DNA from: an uncultured bacterium
GTDB lineage: Bacteria > Verrucomicrobiota > Verrucomicrobiia > Verrucomicrobiales > DEV007
Direction: 5' to 3'
NCBI GenBank assembly: GCA_963977015.1
Contig: CAXBMO010000018.1
Coordinates: 56,252 to 120,251 of the forward strand
Length of the DNA stretch: 64,000 nucleotides
Both the position numbers and the translations under genes were made by a program. Of the stretch, positions 9,973 through 19,974 are shown in pieces. The notes below the pieces were generated by a model, which searched no databases, was not told the DNA's origin, and was given only the letters and a program-made list of their open reading frames with translations. The number at the start of each line of letters is the position of its first letter. The stretch's first letter is position 1.

Positions 9973-10439
9973 AATTACCATAAATACAACATTTTTGATA
10001 CTTGCGTCAAGACGGAGATGAATCCAGCTTTTGGGAATCGAATTTGCGCAACACACACCGTATTCAGCACGAGCGGGTTCTGCCGATTCCCACACGATCC
10101 ATTTTTTTTCAATTCCACCCGTGAATCGACCAATCCCGCGGTATTTTCACCTCTGAGAGCGACCGATACTCCGAGAAAATGCCGCAGTCTGTCCCGGAAG
10201 CACGGCGTGGAGAGCGAGATGAACGAATTCGGAGCGAGCTCCGAAAGCACAAGGTTCTTGCGACCGACCAGTCGGTGATCGTCAGGAAAGACGACCGCCG
10301 CTTCGGGTTTTAACGGATTTCACTCCCCACAAAACCGCGCAGCGCGCCCAAGCTTCAACTTCGAATGATCGCCGCTTGGAGCAGTTTCCGTGAACCTGCA
10401 TCGGCGACACCTCCACTGAAACGCTCTGGGCGCCTGTAA

Positions 10440-12110
10440 TCACGGGAGAGGATGAGAGCGATTCAGCTCCATCACTTTGAGCCGGATTTCTTCCAGCTTC
10501 GCGGCATCTTCGCGATTGGTCAGCGCCTCGTGGATGAATCCGGCGATCAATTCCATTTCAGGCTCTTTCATCCCACGAGTCGTAACTGCAGGCGTTCCAA
10601 TTCGAACACCTCCGCCTTTGAAGGGACTCTCTGTATCGAACGGAATGGAATTCTTGTTCACGGTGATGCCGGCGTGATCCAACGCTTCCTGGGCGACTTT
10701 CCCATTCATACCGCTGGGGCGAAGATCCACCATGAAGAGGTGGTTCTGCGTTCCGCCGGAAATGATGCGATAGCCATGTCCCGCCAGTTTTTCAGCCAGG
10801 AACGAAGCGTTTTTGATGACCTGAGCCTGGTAATCCTTGAACCCGGGCTGCAACGCCTCGTGAAAACAGACTGCTTTGGCGGCAATCACGTGCATCAACG
10901 GTCCTCCTTGAACTCCGGGAAAGACCATCGCGTTGACCTTCTTGGCAAGATCTTCATCATTCGTCAAAATCAGACCACCTCGCGGTCCGCGAAGGCTCTT
11001 GTGCGTCGTCGTCGTGACGAAATGCGCGTGCTCGATCGGGCTGGGGTGTACGCCCGCCGCAACGAGACCGGCGATGTGCGCCATATCAACAAAGAGATAC
11101 GCGCCGACGGAGTCCGCGATTTCGCGCATTCGGGGAAAATCGATGATCTTGGAATACGCACTCGCCCCCGCCGTGATCATCTTGGGCTGGTATTCCTTCG
11201 CAGCTACCGACAGTTGATCGTAATCAATTTCCTCGGTTTCCTTGGAAACGCCATAGTGTTGAACCTCATAAAGTTTCCCGGAGAAGTTCGCAAAATGCCC
11301 GTGCGTCAGGTGACCGCCGTGGCTCAAATCCATCGTCAGAATCTTGTCGCCGGGCTCCAGAACGCTGAAGTAGACCGCTGCGTTTGCCTGCGAACCGCTG
11401 TGAGGCTGAACATTGGCGAATTTCGCGCTGAACAGCTGCTTGGCGCGTTCAATCGCCAAATCCTCAACCACGTCCACGTTCTCACAGCCTCCGTACCAGC
11501 GGCGTCCGGGGTATCCTTCGGCATACTTATTGGTCAAGACCGAACCTTGAGCCTGGCGAACGGCCGAACTGGCGAAGTTCTCACTGGCGATCAGCTCGAT
11601 GTTGTCGGTCTGCCGGCGTCGTTCTGCCTTGATCGCGGCAAAAATTTCCGGATCAACCTGAGACAGGGACCTTCCGCTGATCTTGTCGACCCGGCGTTCG
11701 TGACGGCCGCCTTCAAAGGTGGTGGAAAGGTACTTTTCCAGAATCTCTTTGGCTTGTTCGAACGTCGTCTTCGCCCCGCTCAGGCAGATGACGTTGGAAT
11801 CATTGTGCGAGCGCGAAAGCACCGCCATATCGACGTCGTAAACCTGGGCCGCACGCACATCCGCATACTTGTTCGCCGTAATGCAGACGCCGACTGCAGA
11901 CGTGCAAACCAAGACCCCGAAGTCCGCATCCCCACTGTCGACCGCGTCCGCCACCGCATGGGCAAAATCCGGATAATCAACGGAATCGTTGCCATGGGTG
12001 CCGACATCACGCAAGTCGTGACCTCGCTCGGCTAACCAAGCGGCAAGTTGCTCTTTCAATTCGACTCCGCCGTGATCGGCGCCAATGACAATGCTAGGGC
12101 GATCGCTCAT
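10440..12110 (-). CDS. rpiB-glyA: Fused ribose-5-phosphate isomerase B / serine hydroxymethyltransferase
   Basis: N-terminal GADHGG...VDYPD...[10 protein letters not shown] (RpiB). Then [22 protein letters not shown] and [14 protein letters not shown] (SHMT PLP lysine). Confidence 0.95.
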   Translation of the reverse strand: MSDRPSIVIGADHGGVELKEQLAAWLAERGHDLRDVGTHGNDSVDYPDFAHAVADAVDSGDADFGVLVCTSAVGVCITANKYADVRAAQVYDVDMAVLSRSHNDSNVICLSGAKTTFEQAKEILEKYLSTTFEGGRHERRVDKISGRSLSQVDPEIFAAIKAERRRQTDNIELIASENFASSAVRQAQGSVLTNKYAEGYPGRRWYGGCENVDVVEDLAIERAKQLFSAKFANVQPHSGSQANAAVYFSVLEPGDKILTMDLSHGGHLTHGHFANFSGKLYEVQHYGVSKETEEIDYDQLSVAAKEYQPKMITAGASAYSKIIDFPRMREIADSVGAYLFVDMAHIAGLVAAGVHPSPIEHAHFVTTTTHKSLRGPRGGLILTNDEDLAKKVNAMVFPGVQGGPLMHVIAAKAVCFHEALQPGFKDYQAQVIKNASFLAEKLAGHGYRIISGGTQNHLFMVDLRPSGMNGKVAQEALDHAGITVNKNSIPFDTESPFKGGGVRIGTPAVTTRGMKEPEMELIAGFIHEALTNREDAAKLEEIRLKVMELNRSHPLP

Positions 12111-12161
12111 ATGTAGGTGCTGTGGGAAAAAACGTTGGCATACCCGCTAGGGCCTTGCCTG

Positions 12162-12659
12162 TCAATCGGGACTTGTGTCAGCAGAGCCCGTCTCGCGGAC
12201 AAATTCCAATACGGCCGGCAACGATTCCCGGATCAAATCCCGCGTCGCTTCATAGGCATCGCGCCCCATTCCGATTGGATCCGGAACATCCAGCAAACCG
12301 TGTTTCGCGTCATCGGGTTCCGCACCGTGCGCCAACTCCCTGAGCAAAAACGTCTTTTCCTTGGCGAAGGGGAAAATCATCTCAATCGCCTCCTTGTGGC
12401 CCTGAGTCATGGCAAAAATGTGGGTTGCCTGCTTGGCCAATTGCTCGGTGAGCTGGCTACTTCTCTGGCGGGTAATATCAACGCCAACCTCCTGCAACAC
12501 GCTCACAGAATGTTCACTGGGTGGCCTCCCCTCCATCACACTGAGACCGGCTGACGTAACCAAAATATCGTCTTTCCCGTCCAAGGCAGCACGAAACAGG
12601 CCCTCAGCCATCGGGCTGCGACAGACATTTCCGGTGCAAACAAAGAGAATTCTAGCCAT
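12162..12659 (-). CDS. Low-molecular-weight protein arginine/tyrosine phosphatase (YwlE-like)
   Basis: P-loop FVCTGNVCRSPMAE and DVPDPIG. Lies directly upstream of rpiB-glyA. Confidence 0.9.
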   Translation of the reverse strand: MARILFVCTGNVCRSPMAEGLFRAALDGKDDILVTSAGLSVMEGRPPSEHSVSVLQEVGVDITRQRSSQLTEQLAKQATHIFAMTQGHKEAIEMIFPFAKEKTFLLRELAHGAEPDDAKHGLLDVPDPIGMGRDAYEATRDLIRESLPAVLEFVRETGSADTSPD

Positions 12660-12772
12660 CAAATTACCCTCGTGTGGCAGGGAACAATGTCAAACCGGGG
12701 AGTTTTCCGATTGCTCGACCGAACTTCAAATTGCCGTGGAAAAACTCAGAAATCGGTCGAAGGGTTTCCCCA

Positions 12773-13543
12773 ATGAAACTCCTGACTTGTTGCCTGATAT
12801 TCACGGTCTCCCTCGCCTCTGCTCAATCGAATTTGGGCGAATATGCAGCCAAAACCTGGGAGAGCCCGAATGGCGGCACGTTCAACTACCGCACGCGCAT
12901 TCCCTCCAAGCTCGATCAAGCCGAACAATACCCGGTTCTCGTCTTTCTGCATGGCGCTGGCGGTCGCGGCGACAACAACATCGGGCAACTGGCCGACGCG
13001 GGAGCAATCACCGCGTTTGAGAAGCGGTCCCTGGGATCCGAACTCCCCGCTTTCGTCTTCGCCGGCCAAGTGCCCAAAGGCGAGCTCTGGGTCGATGTCA
13101 AATGGACCACTCTTGAACACCGGATGCCCGCGATCTCCAATTCCATGCGAATGATGTTCGAAAGCCTCGACGCCTTCCTTGAGGAACACAGCGCGAACAT
13201 CGATCGCAACCGCATCTACGTGATGGGGCTCAGTATGGGTGGCTACGGGACTTGGGATGCCATGCAACGCCGCCCCGATTTCTGGGCCGCGGCCGTTCCC
13301 ATTTGCGGTGGCGGAGACGTTGAGCTCGCCAAATCCATCGCCCACATTCCGTGCTGGACCTGGCATGGCGACAAGGACGGAGCCATCAACGTCAGCCGCT
13401 CGCGCGACATGGTCGCCGCCCTCAACGCCGCTGGCGGATCCCCGAAATACACCGAGATGCCCGGAGTTGGTCACAACGTCTGGAACAACTGTTGGGCTTC
13501 GGATGAACTTTGGGAATGGCTGTTCGCACAGGTCAAGAAGTAG
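12773..13543 (+). CDS. Secreted alpha/beta-hydrolase (predicted peptidase/esterase)
   Basis: Signal peptide, FLHGAGGRG, nucleophile elbow GLSMGG, HGDKD and GHNVW. Confidence 0.85.
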   Translation: MKLLTCCLIFTVSLASAQSNLGEYAAKTWESPNGGTFNYRTRIPSKLDQAEQYPVLVFLHGAGGRGDNNIGQLADAGAITAFEKRSLGSELPAFVFAGQVPKGELWVDVKWTTLEHRMPAISNSMRMMFESLDAFLEEHSANIDRNRIYVMGLSMGGYGTWDAMQRRPDFWAAAVPICGGGDVELAKSIAHIPCWTWHGDKDGAINVSRSRDMVAALNAAGGSPKYTEMPGVGHNVWNNCWASDELWEWLFAQVKK

Positions 13544-13642
13544 CGGGATCGCTTCAGGGCCTTTCTAGGCTGCCAGCTCAATCGGGAATTCTCCGAGGGC
13601 TCACGATTGGAATCGGGGCCTCCCCACGCCCTCCCCTTTTTC

Positions 13643-14398
13643 TCATCGCGTCCCGGCGAGCCTGACGATTTTGGCCGGGTCGATCTTCAAAATGGGCTGA
13701 GTGCCGGCATAGCTGAGAATGCCGGAGAGTTCGACAGGTTCGGCAACGAAGTCGAGAATGACGTCGTTGAGCGGTTCGCCGTTGGGTCCCATGAGGAGGA
13801 AGAATTCGTGGTTGCCTGCGGTGTCGCGAGCGAGGAACCCGACGGGAATGCCACCGCTGATGCATTGGATGGCGCAGGCGCGATGGGGTTTGAAGGTGCC
13901 GGGGTTCATGGCGCCGAGCCAGCATTTGGAGTCGACGATTTCGCCGCGGACAATGCAAACGCCATCGACAACGGATGGATTGAGGGGAGACTCGGTTGGG
14001 GCCGGTTTCTCCAGAACTTCGATCTCGCTGACGACTTCGAGCATGGAATCCTGGTCCGCCGACAACAGGGACGCGGTGAGGGCGACGTGTTTGAGATGAA
14101 ACGGCGCAGCTTCCTCAGCAGAGAAACCGTATTTGAAGGGTTTGACGAGAAAGTGGAGCTTTTGGCCTTCCTCGACTTCTTCGATGAGCATGGGAACCGG
14201 TTCGGCGAGGAAAACGCCCTCAATGCGGTTCTCGGCAAAGTCCCAGGTTCCCGGCCCGATGCTCTGTTGCAAGGCAGCGGTGATTCCGGCAATGGCAAGG
14301 CCGCCAACGAGCGCAATGATGGTAACGGTGCGGACAAACCCGGCGAGGGGTTTGGGAGTTTCGGATTCCCAGCCGATGAAGAATGCGTCGTTGGCCAT
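13643..14398 (-). CDS. Membrane-anchored hypothetical protein with a Cys/His cluster
   Basis: One N-terminal TM helix and the motif DSKCWLGAMNPGTFKPHRACAIQCISGG. Confidence 0.75.
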   Translation of the reverse strand: MANDAFFIGWESETPKPLAGFVRTVTIIALVGGLAIAGITAALQQSIGPGTWDFAENRIEGVFLAEPVPMLIEEVEEGQKLHFLVKPFKYGFSAEEAAPFHLKHVALTASLLSADQDSMLEVVSEIEVLEKPAPTESPLNPSVVDGVCIVRGEIVDSKCWLGAMNPGTFKPHRACAIQCISGGIPVGFLARDTAGNHEFFLLMGPNGEPLNDVILDFVAEPVELSGILSYAGTQPILKIDPAKIVRLAGTR

Positions 14399-14401
14399 GA
14401 C

Positions 14402-15436
14402 TTAAACGGTGACGGGTTCGACAGCCGTGCCCGCCGGGTTGGGATTGGGATCGATGAGGACGTTGTCGCCGTCGATGCGGAGACGAAAGGTGGGGATTTT
14501 TTCGGTGAAGGGCTCCGGCGAGGTGCCGTCTTCCGGCTTGTATTGGTAGCCGTGCCAGGGGCAGGTCAGGCAACCGTAGAGAAATTTTCCTTCGGCGAGG
14601 GGACCGTTCTGATGCTGGCAGACTCCGGAGACGGCGGAAACCTTGTTTCCCTCATACCTGAGAATCGCAACGCGCTCGCCGCCCACGGTCGCGCCAAAGG
14701 GGATGTTCTCCTCCAAGTCGCCAACTTTGCAGACCGCAACATAACCATCCTCGAGCACTTTGCGGTCGGGTTCGTGATCGAGGTCCTTCTGCTTCCACCC
14801 CGCATAAAGGTGCAGTCCAGAAACCAAGACGATGCCAATCCCGGTCAGGAACGCAAAAACGGGGTGCGTCTCGCTCTGGAGCACGCCGAAGGAAACGTGA
14901 ATGATGAGCAGGGCATAGGCGACATAGACGCCCATGTGCAGGGCCTTCCAAATCGGCGCGGTGAGATTGGCCAACCAGAAATCGTGACTCGTCGCCGCCA
15001 TGACGAAGAGGATGAGCAGGGCGAGGAAGCCGAAGGCTTGGAAGGGAAAACTGGTGATGCTGGTCCCGGCATCGGTCACGAAAATGGAGACGATAGGGTT
15101 GATGTCCGAGTTGCCGTGGTAGAGCAAGGTGGCAAAGACAGAGTGGATCAGCGCAAGGAGGAACATGGTGACGCCGAGATGGCGCCGGTTGTAGAGAAGC
15201 GGGAGCCAGCGCTTGTCCAACCTCGCCATCGGCCCGATGATGAGGATGAAGTGGAGCAGGGTGATCGCAGCAACAGCAGTCGCGCGAATGAGGACGATGG
15301 GCGGAGATTCCCGGGGGTTCAGGGCGAGAGCAATGCCAATGAACGTGACGAGAAACAGGACCACCGCGATGACGAGAATGACGTCATGCCGCTTTTTGAA
15401 CGCATTCCAACCGATCGCCTGATAGGTGGCGCTCAT
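14402..15436 (-). CDS. Ferric reductase-like (MsrQ-type) transmembrane domain fused to a Rieske [2Fe-2S] domain
   Basis: About 6 TM helices with RRHLG...IH and WKALH...H heme ligands. C-terminal CQH...CPWHG Rieske motifs. Confidence 0.88.
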   Translation of the reverse strand: MSATYQAIGWNAFKKRHDVILVIAVVLFLVTFIGIALALNPRESPPIVLIRATAVAAITLLHFILIIGPMARLDKRWLPLLYNRRHLGVTMFLLALIHSVFATLLYHGNSDINPIVSIFVTDAGTSITSFPFQAFGFLALLILFVMAATSHDFWLANLTAPIWKALHMGVYVAYALLIIHVSFGVLQSETHPVFAFLTGIGIVLVSGLHLYAGWKQKDLDHEPDRKVLEDGYVAVCKVGDLEENIPFGATVGGERVAILRYEGNKVSAVSGVCQHQNGPLAEGKFLYGCLTCPWHGYQYKPEDGTSPEPFTEKIPTFRLRIDGDNVLIDPNPNPAGTAVEPVTV

Positions 15437-15582
15437 TGCTCCGCTTGCGAGGGAGGTTCGGGCAGCGAATTATTCGTTGCGGGTTCTGGACGGTGCATGG
15501 TGGCGTAAATCAGGGCCAAGGCGGCGATCGCTCCAACAATGAGCCAAAGCAATCGGTGAAAACGGCGATGGGAAGTCTGCAT
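15433..15582 (-). CDS. Small membrane protein (49 aa)
   Basis: Not in the ORF track: MQTSHRRFHRLLWLIVGAIAALALIYATMHRPEPATNNSLPEPPSQAEQ. Its TGA overlaps the next ATG (ATGA coupling). Confidence 0.7.
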   Translation of the reverse strand: MQTSHRRFHRLLWLIVGAIAALALIYATMHRPEPATNNSLPEPPSQAEQ

Positions 15583-15590
15583 GGTGGGGG

Positions 15591-15839
15591 TTACTCAGAG
15601 GATTGACGATGTCGGGAGCGTTCTTCGGGAGGCTGCGCTCCGGTGATCCAGCGAATAAAGAGAAACGGCCAAAAAATCATGCACCCGGGAATGATCATCA
15701 GCTTAAAGCCCAACTTCCCGCCTGCGGCCGCGTGATCGATCCGTTTCACGCCGAGGAAGACAAACAGAATGGCGAAGATCAGTCCAAAGCCAAGGTAGAC
15801 GGCGAGGATACTGAGAAACATTTCGATTGCTAGCGACAT
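15591..15839 (-). CDS. Small two-TM membrane protein
   Basis: 82 aa with two hydrophobic helices (…YLGFGLIFAILF…IIPGCMIFWP). Tightly spaced with the downstream genes. Confidence 0.75.
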   Translation of the reverse strand: MSLAIEMFLSILAVYLGFGLIFAILFVFLGVKRIDHAAAGGKLGFKLMIIPGCMIFWPFLFIRWITGAQPPEERSRHRQSSE

Positions 15840-15967
15840 CCTTCACCAGACTAACTTCGCATCCGCCCTCACTTCAACCAAAGATGATCCGGAATGATCG
15901 CGGGCTGCATCCTGGCCGTTGCCGATTCTTTCGTTCCCACGGACGCATTTCACCGCGGGCCAGACTT

Positions 15968-16312
15968 CTAGTCCCGCCGGGATTCGGAAGTTTCCACGAT
16001 TTCGACTTCCACCATCTTGATGCCGTCGTCATCCGCCACCTCATCAAGCTGGCTGACTTCCGTAATCGTCGCAATATGCTCACCAGAACCATTGCCGCTT
16101 TCTTTCCCGCGGAGGAGACGACGAACTCCCAAAGCGATTCCACTTGCCGTCGCCAAAACCAGTCCCGCAACCATAAAGAAGACCGCGAACATCGAGGCGA
16201 GAATCAACAGGCCAACCGCCACCGAAACGGCGAGCACTCCACCCAGAATCATGGGGATGGGACCAATATTTCGAGAATCGAATTGATACACTTTCATGGT
16301 AATCTCTATCAA
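15968..16312 (-). CDS. Hypothetical membrane protein
   Basis: Long hydrophobic segment followed by an acidic tail. Start uncertain. Confidence 0.6.
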   Translation of the reverse strand: MIEITMKVYQFDSRNIGPIPMILGGVLAVSVAVGLLILASMFAVFFMVAGLVLATASGIALGVRRLLRGKESGNGSGEHIATITEVSQLDEVADDDGIKMVEVEIVETSESRRD

Positions 16313-16372
16313 ACGCAGAAGTGCGGGAACGGCGATTACAAGAATTCGCGCGTTTTCTATCGCGTGTCTACG

Positions 16373-16612
16373 TTAGATCTCGCTCACAGGATCCCGTTCA
16401 TTTGGGCGCCCGCATTGGGGACAGACGGGAAGCGGGACATCACTTCGGTCCTCGTAATGGCAACTGCAGACTTGGCAAACCACCTGAAACTTTCGCCGTT
16501 GGCGAGCCCGGCGCACTCTCACCATCTCCCCAATAATCCATATCAGAAATACCCCACCTAGAATGAGGAACAGGTAGATCACAATGAGTTCCGAAAGGGT
16601 AACGTGAAACAT
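16373..16612 (-). CDS. Small membrane protein with a zinc ribbon
   Basis: TM helix, basic patch RVRRARQRRK, then CQVC-x14-CPQC. Confidence 0.75.
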   Translation of the reverse strand: MFHVTLSELIVIYLFLILGGVFLIWIIGEMVRVRRARQRRKFQVVCQVCSCHYEDRSDVPLPVCPQCGRPNERDPVSEI

Positions 16613-16628
16613 GAAATACGAATCGAAC

Positions 16629-17348
16629 TTACCAGATAATTTCGATCCAGTCCTGTTGCAACGCTTCTCCAGCCTCAAAACGCAACACATTGCGCAGAAT
16701 CTGGGTTTCCGCCTCAGACAGTCCGCCCTCCGGTTCTTCAGAAACGAGCAAATACAACAGCCGCCCGTCCGCCTTTACCCCAGCCTGAGCACGAAGTCTT
16801 CCATTGGGTTGGCGCAGCGCTTTCGACAATGCTGCGTTATCAACATCGAGGTTCCGACTTGCCAATTTGGGCCCGAGGCGCACCTGGAGTTCGCCGGACT
16901 GCGGTTTTTCCCCCTGGTATCCCGTCCACTTGGACTCCGGGCGTGGGGGCAGATCCATCTTCCCGGGAGCCAGCAAGGTTGAAACGCCCATCTTGGCCGC
17001 CCCATCCACCGGGCGGAGCGAGATTTCGTGATTCTGGAAGGATGGGCGAAAGGAAACTCCTGAATTGGCCAACGAATACTGAGAAAGTTCGGTCGGAGTT
17101 CCCGGTCCATACGAAAACGCCCGATCTTCCAACTCGCGAAGCAGTTGAGCGGTATCAGGCTGGGAAGGATCGAGAATGACCACCCGCATCGGTTGCACGG
17201 AAATGCGCTCGGTTTCGGGATAGACCACCTGAAAAAAGTAAAACGCCGTAATATGAGCCAGAACGGCGACAGCGATGAAAAAGCTGAGTCTCCAGTTCCA
17301 TTCCCGGGAATTTCCTCCCTTAAACAACAAGCCGACAGGAAAACTCAT
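16629..17348 (-). CDS. TonB-like energy-transducer protein
   Basis: N-terminal TM helix containing His (AVLAH). The C-terminus (GVKADGRLLYLLV…LRFE…WIEIIW) resembles TonB_C. Start overlaps the exbD stop. Confidence 0.55.
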   Translation of the reverse strand: MSFPVGLLFKGGNSREWNWRLSFFIAVAVLAHITAFYFFQVVYPETERISVQPMRVVILDPSQPDTAQLLRELEDRAFSYGPGTPTELSQYSLANSGVSFRPSFQNHEISLRPVDGAAKMGVSTLLAPGKMDLPPRPESKWTGYQGEKPQSGELQVRLGPKLASRNLDVDNAALSKALRQPNGRLRAQAGVKADGRLLYLLVSEEPEGGLSEAETQILRNVLRFEAGEALQQDWIEIIW

Positions 17349-17755
17349 CGGAACTGGGGTGCCTGAGTCGTGGCGTAAGCGATCTCCAAACCGTGCCGGT
17401 GGATAATGTTCGAAACCTTCATCACCAACCCGTGCGGCGCCATCTGATCAGCCCGGATGATGACGTGACGAATATTTGGCCCAGCCTCGTCCAGATAATC
17501 GCCCAGTTCCCCAAGCGTAACCTTGTGCTCGTTGAAGTAGAGTTCAGGACTTGCTCCGGGCAAAATCGTGACCACGTGAGAAGCGTTGATCGGAGGGAGG
17601 CTTGCTTCCGATGAAGGGACCGTTACCGAAACTCCGGATTTGAGGACGAAGCTTGATCCAAGCAGGAAAAAGACCAACAGGAGCAACACGACATCCATGA
17701 GCGGAGCCGTGTAGAGAAATCCAGCGTTGTCTCTGAGCGAACTTTCCAGCTTCAT
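17345..17755 (-). CDS. exbD: ExbD/TolR family protein
   Basis: TAPLMDVVLLLLVFFLL with the conserved TM Asp, and IIRADQ. Confidence 0.9.
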   Translation of the reverse strand: MKLESSLRDNAGFLYTAPLMDVVLLLLVFFLLGSSFVLKSGVSVTVPSSEASLPPINASHVVTILPGASPELYFNEHKVTLGELGDYLDEAGPNIRHVIIRADQMAPHGLVMKVSNIIHRHGLEIAYATTQAPQFR

Positions 17756-17801
17756 TGCCGGATTCTAGGTTAAAGCTTGGGCTGGAGCAACTTTCCGTGC
17801 T

Positions 17802-18539
17802 TCAGCGTGTTTCGACCTTGCCATTGGGTTTGTCAGAACTGCCGGAGCCGTCACCGGCAGACGCCTCGGCTTCCAACTGTGCCTGCCGAAACTCGATGAT
17901 ATCGCTGCGATTATTGCGGCTGTCGTGAATGATGTTCACGATCTCGATACCAGCGCGTTCCATGTCATGCATCAGGGTCCGGGCAAACGAGGAGAGATAG
18001 GCGTAAAACGTAAATGCAGGAATCGCCACCACCATGCCGACCGCCGAGGTGATCAAACTTTCATACAACCCACTCGAAATCTGCGCCGGTGTCGCATATC
18101 CGCTGTTTTCGCTGATTTGGATGAAAACGCGTAGCAGTCCGACAACCGTGCCCAGCAAACCAATCAGCGGCGCGACATAGGCAATGTTGCGAAGCACTGC
18201 GAGATTCTTCTCCAATTTGGGGACTTCCAATTGTCCGGCTTCCTCAACAATCTGCCGGAGTTCTGCCCGGGGAAGCTCATTTCGCAAAATCGCAGCGTGC
18301 ACCACTCGCGCCACCGGCCCCGGAGTCCCCGCACTCTCATGGATGGCCTCCGCGTAATTCCGATGCCTGATCAAATTCGCCAATCCATAGAGCAAGTCAC
18401 TGACACTCACCCGCGACCGGTGAAACATCAGGTAGCGTTCCAGAAATATTCCGATCGAAAAAATACTGCATCCTATCAAGAGCCAAACTAATGGCCCGCC
18501 TTCCCAGATGAGAGGTCCTTTGGTAACTGCAAATATCAT
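17802..18539 (-). CDS. exbB: MotA/TolQ/ExbB proton-channel protein
   Basis: APLIGLLGTVVG and SLITSAVGMVVAIPA motifs, 3 TM helices. Confidence 0.9.
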   Translation of the reverse strand: MIFAVTKGPLIWEGGPLVWLLIGCSIFSIGIFLERYLMFHRSRVSVSDLLYGLANLIRHRNYAEAIHESAGTPGPVARVVHAAILRNELPRAELRQIVEEAGQLEVPKLEKNLAVLRNIAYVAPLIGLLGTVVGLLRVFIQISENSGYATPAQISSGLYESLITSAVGMVVAIPAFTFYAYLSSFARTLMHDMERAGIEIVNIIHDSRNNRSDIIEFRQAQLEAEASAGDGSGSSDKPNGKVETR

Positions 18540-18662
18540 GTTTTAAGGTTGAGCGGCCTTGGTCTGGGAATACCAGTTGGCTGTTCCCTTGTAAAGAAGT
18601 CAGTCGCAAAAAGTTTAGACGAATCATTCCTGGGCTTCATCCAACTCATTTCGCGCTCCCCC

Positions 18663-19184
18663 TTAATTGTATTGAAGAAACGGTCCTTCCGTGGACTCTG
18701 CTACCGCCTCATTTGGAGGCGAATACGTCGATCGGCTCCGCATAATTTGCCCAAGATGGCCCAGCATGCCCTCGGCGACCTGCTTCGCATGAAGGCGGAC
18801 CACGCCAACCGCTACCCCGTCCCGAAATGCGGCCAACAACGCAAATTCATCGCTGACGGGATGAACCAACAAATGACACTCCTCACCATGACACAGAACC
18901 TCGGGAGAAGAGGGCTCCCCCAACTGGCCGGCAATCATTTGCGTGGTCGCGAACAGTCCCGCAACCAACACGCCGAGCGAATCCGGATCGGGAGCAGCTT
19001 TCGCCGCATTCGGCTTCAATTCATTGACGATCACCGCCCCGCTGCGCTCAATCAGAGCAACCACTTCGCACTCGGTTCCTGCCAGAAAATTGCGCATCAT
19101 CCCCCGAAACTCGCGTGCGGTTTCCGTGGTGATATTGAGATGATAGTCCCCGGATGAAGCCTGGACGTTACTAGCGCTTTCCAT
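18663..19184 (-). CDS. mglB: Roadblock/LC7 protein, MglB-like GAP
   Basis: ALIERSGAVI…SLGVLVAGLFATTQMIAGQLGE…GVVRL pattern, adjacent to mglA. Confidence 0.82.
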   Translation of the reverse strand: MESASNVQASSGDYHLNITTETAREFRGMMRNFLAGTECEVVALIERSGAVIVNELKPNAAKAAPDPDSLGVLVAGLFATTQMIAGQLGEPSSPEVLCHGEECHLLVHPVSDEFALLAAFRDGVAVGVVRLHAKQVAEGMLGHLGQIMRSRSTYSPPNEAVAESTEGPFLQYN

Positions 19185-19231
19185 TCTGTGTGCGTGAAAT
19201 TTAATAGCGTCGCGCTGGAGACGCGACTCGG

Positions 19232-19894
19232 TCAGTGAGCGATGGCCGTCGCCGAATCGTCGGCGCTGGTCGATCCAGGCCGGATTGCGGGTTCTTCGTC
19301 ACTTAATTCGTGAAATCGCCGGATCGTCTCCTGAGCAACCTCGTTCAACGTAGCAAAGACATTGTAACCCTGAGATGCGACCGCCTCAAAAACAGGCACT
19401 GGCTTCTCGCGCTGATTCAGCACCAAATTCAGGTGATCAACCGCAACCGCGTCAGGAAGATCGCGCTTGTTGTATTGCAAAACAAAAGGGAGCTCATCCA
19501 GGGAAGAACCACCAGATTCCACGATGTTCTCCTCCATCGTCTTGAGAGCCTGAACGTTTTCCTCCAGCTTGTCCGCCGAAGAATCCGCCACAAAAACGAG
19601 ACCATCAACACCTCGGAGCACCAACTGGCGGGTCGCATTGTAAGCCACCTGACCGGGCACCGTGTAGAGCTGAAATCTCGTGTGGTATCCCTGAATCAAC
19701 ACGGCATCGATCGGCAGATAATCGAAAAACACTGTCCGATCGGTGGAGGTCGCCATCGAAAGCAACTCACCCCGCTGATCATCTTCAATGCGGGAGTGAA
19801 TGTATTGAAGGTTCGTCGTTTTCCCGCTGAACGCAGGTCCGCAGAAAACGATTTTGAACTGAACTTCGCGAGTGTCGTGATTTACGAGAGCCAT
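19232..19894 (-). CDS. mglA: MglA-family small GTPase
   Basis: G1 GPAFSGKTT, TDRTVFFD with the intrinsic Arg finger, G3 YTVPGQ, G4 NKRD, G5 EAVA. Confidence 0.93.
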   Translation of the reverse strand: MALVNHDTREVQFKIVFCGPAFSGKTTNLQYIHSRIEDDQRGELLSMATSTDRTVFFDYLPIDAVLIQGYHTRFQLYTVPGQVAYNATRQLVLRGVDGLVFVADSSADKLEENVQALKTMEENIVESGGSSLDELPFVLQYNKRDLPDAVAVDHLNLVLNQREKPVPVFEAVASQGYNVFATLNEVAQETIRRFHELSDEEPAIRPGSTSADDSATAIAH

Positions 19895-19974
19895 TTTTCC
19901 AGTGCCCCTGATTATTAAGAGACGTATCTATTTAGGCGGATTTACCGAAGTTGCAAACACGAGTTGTAAAAATG

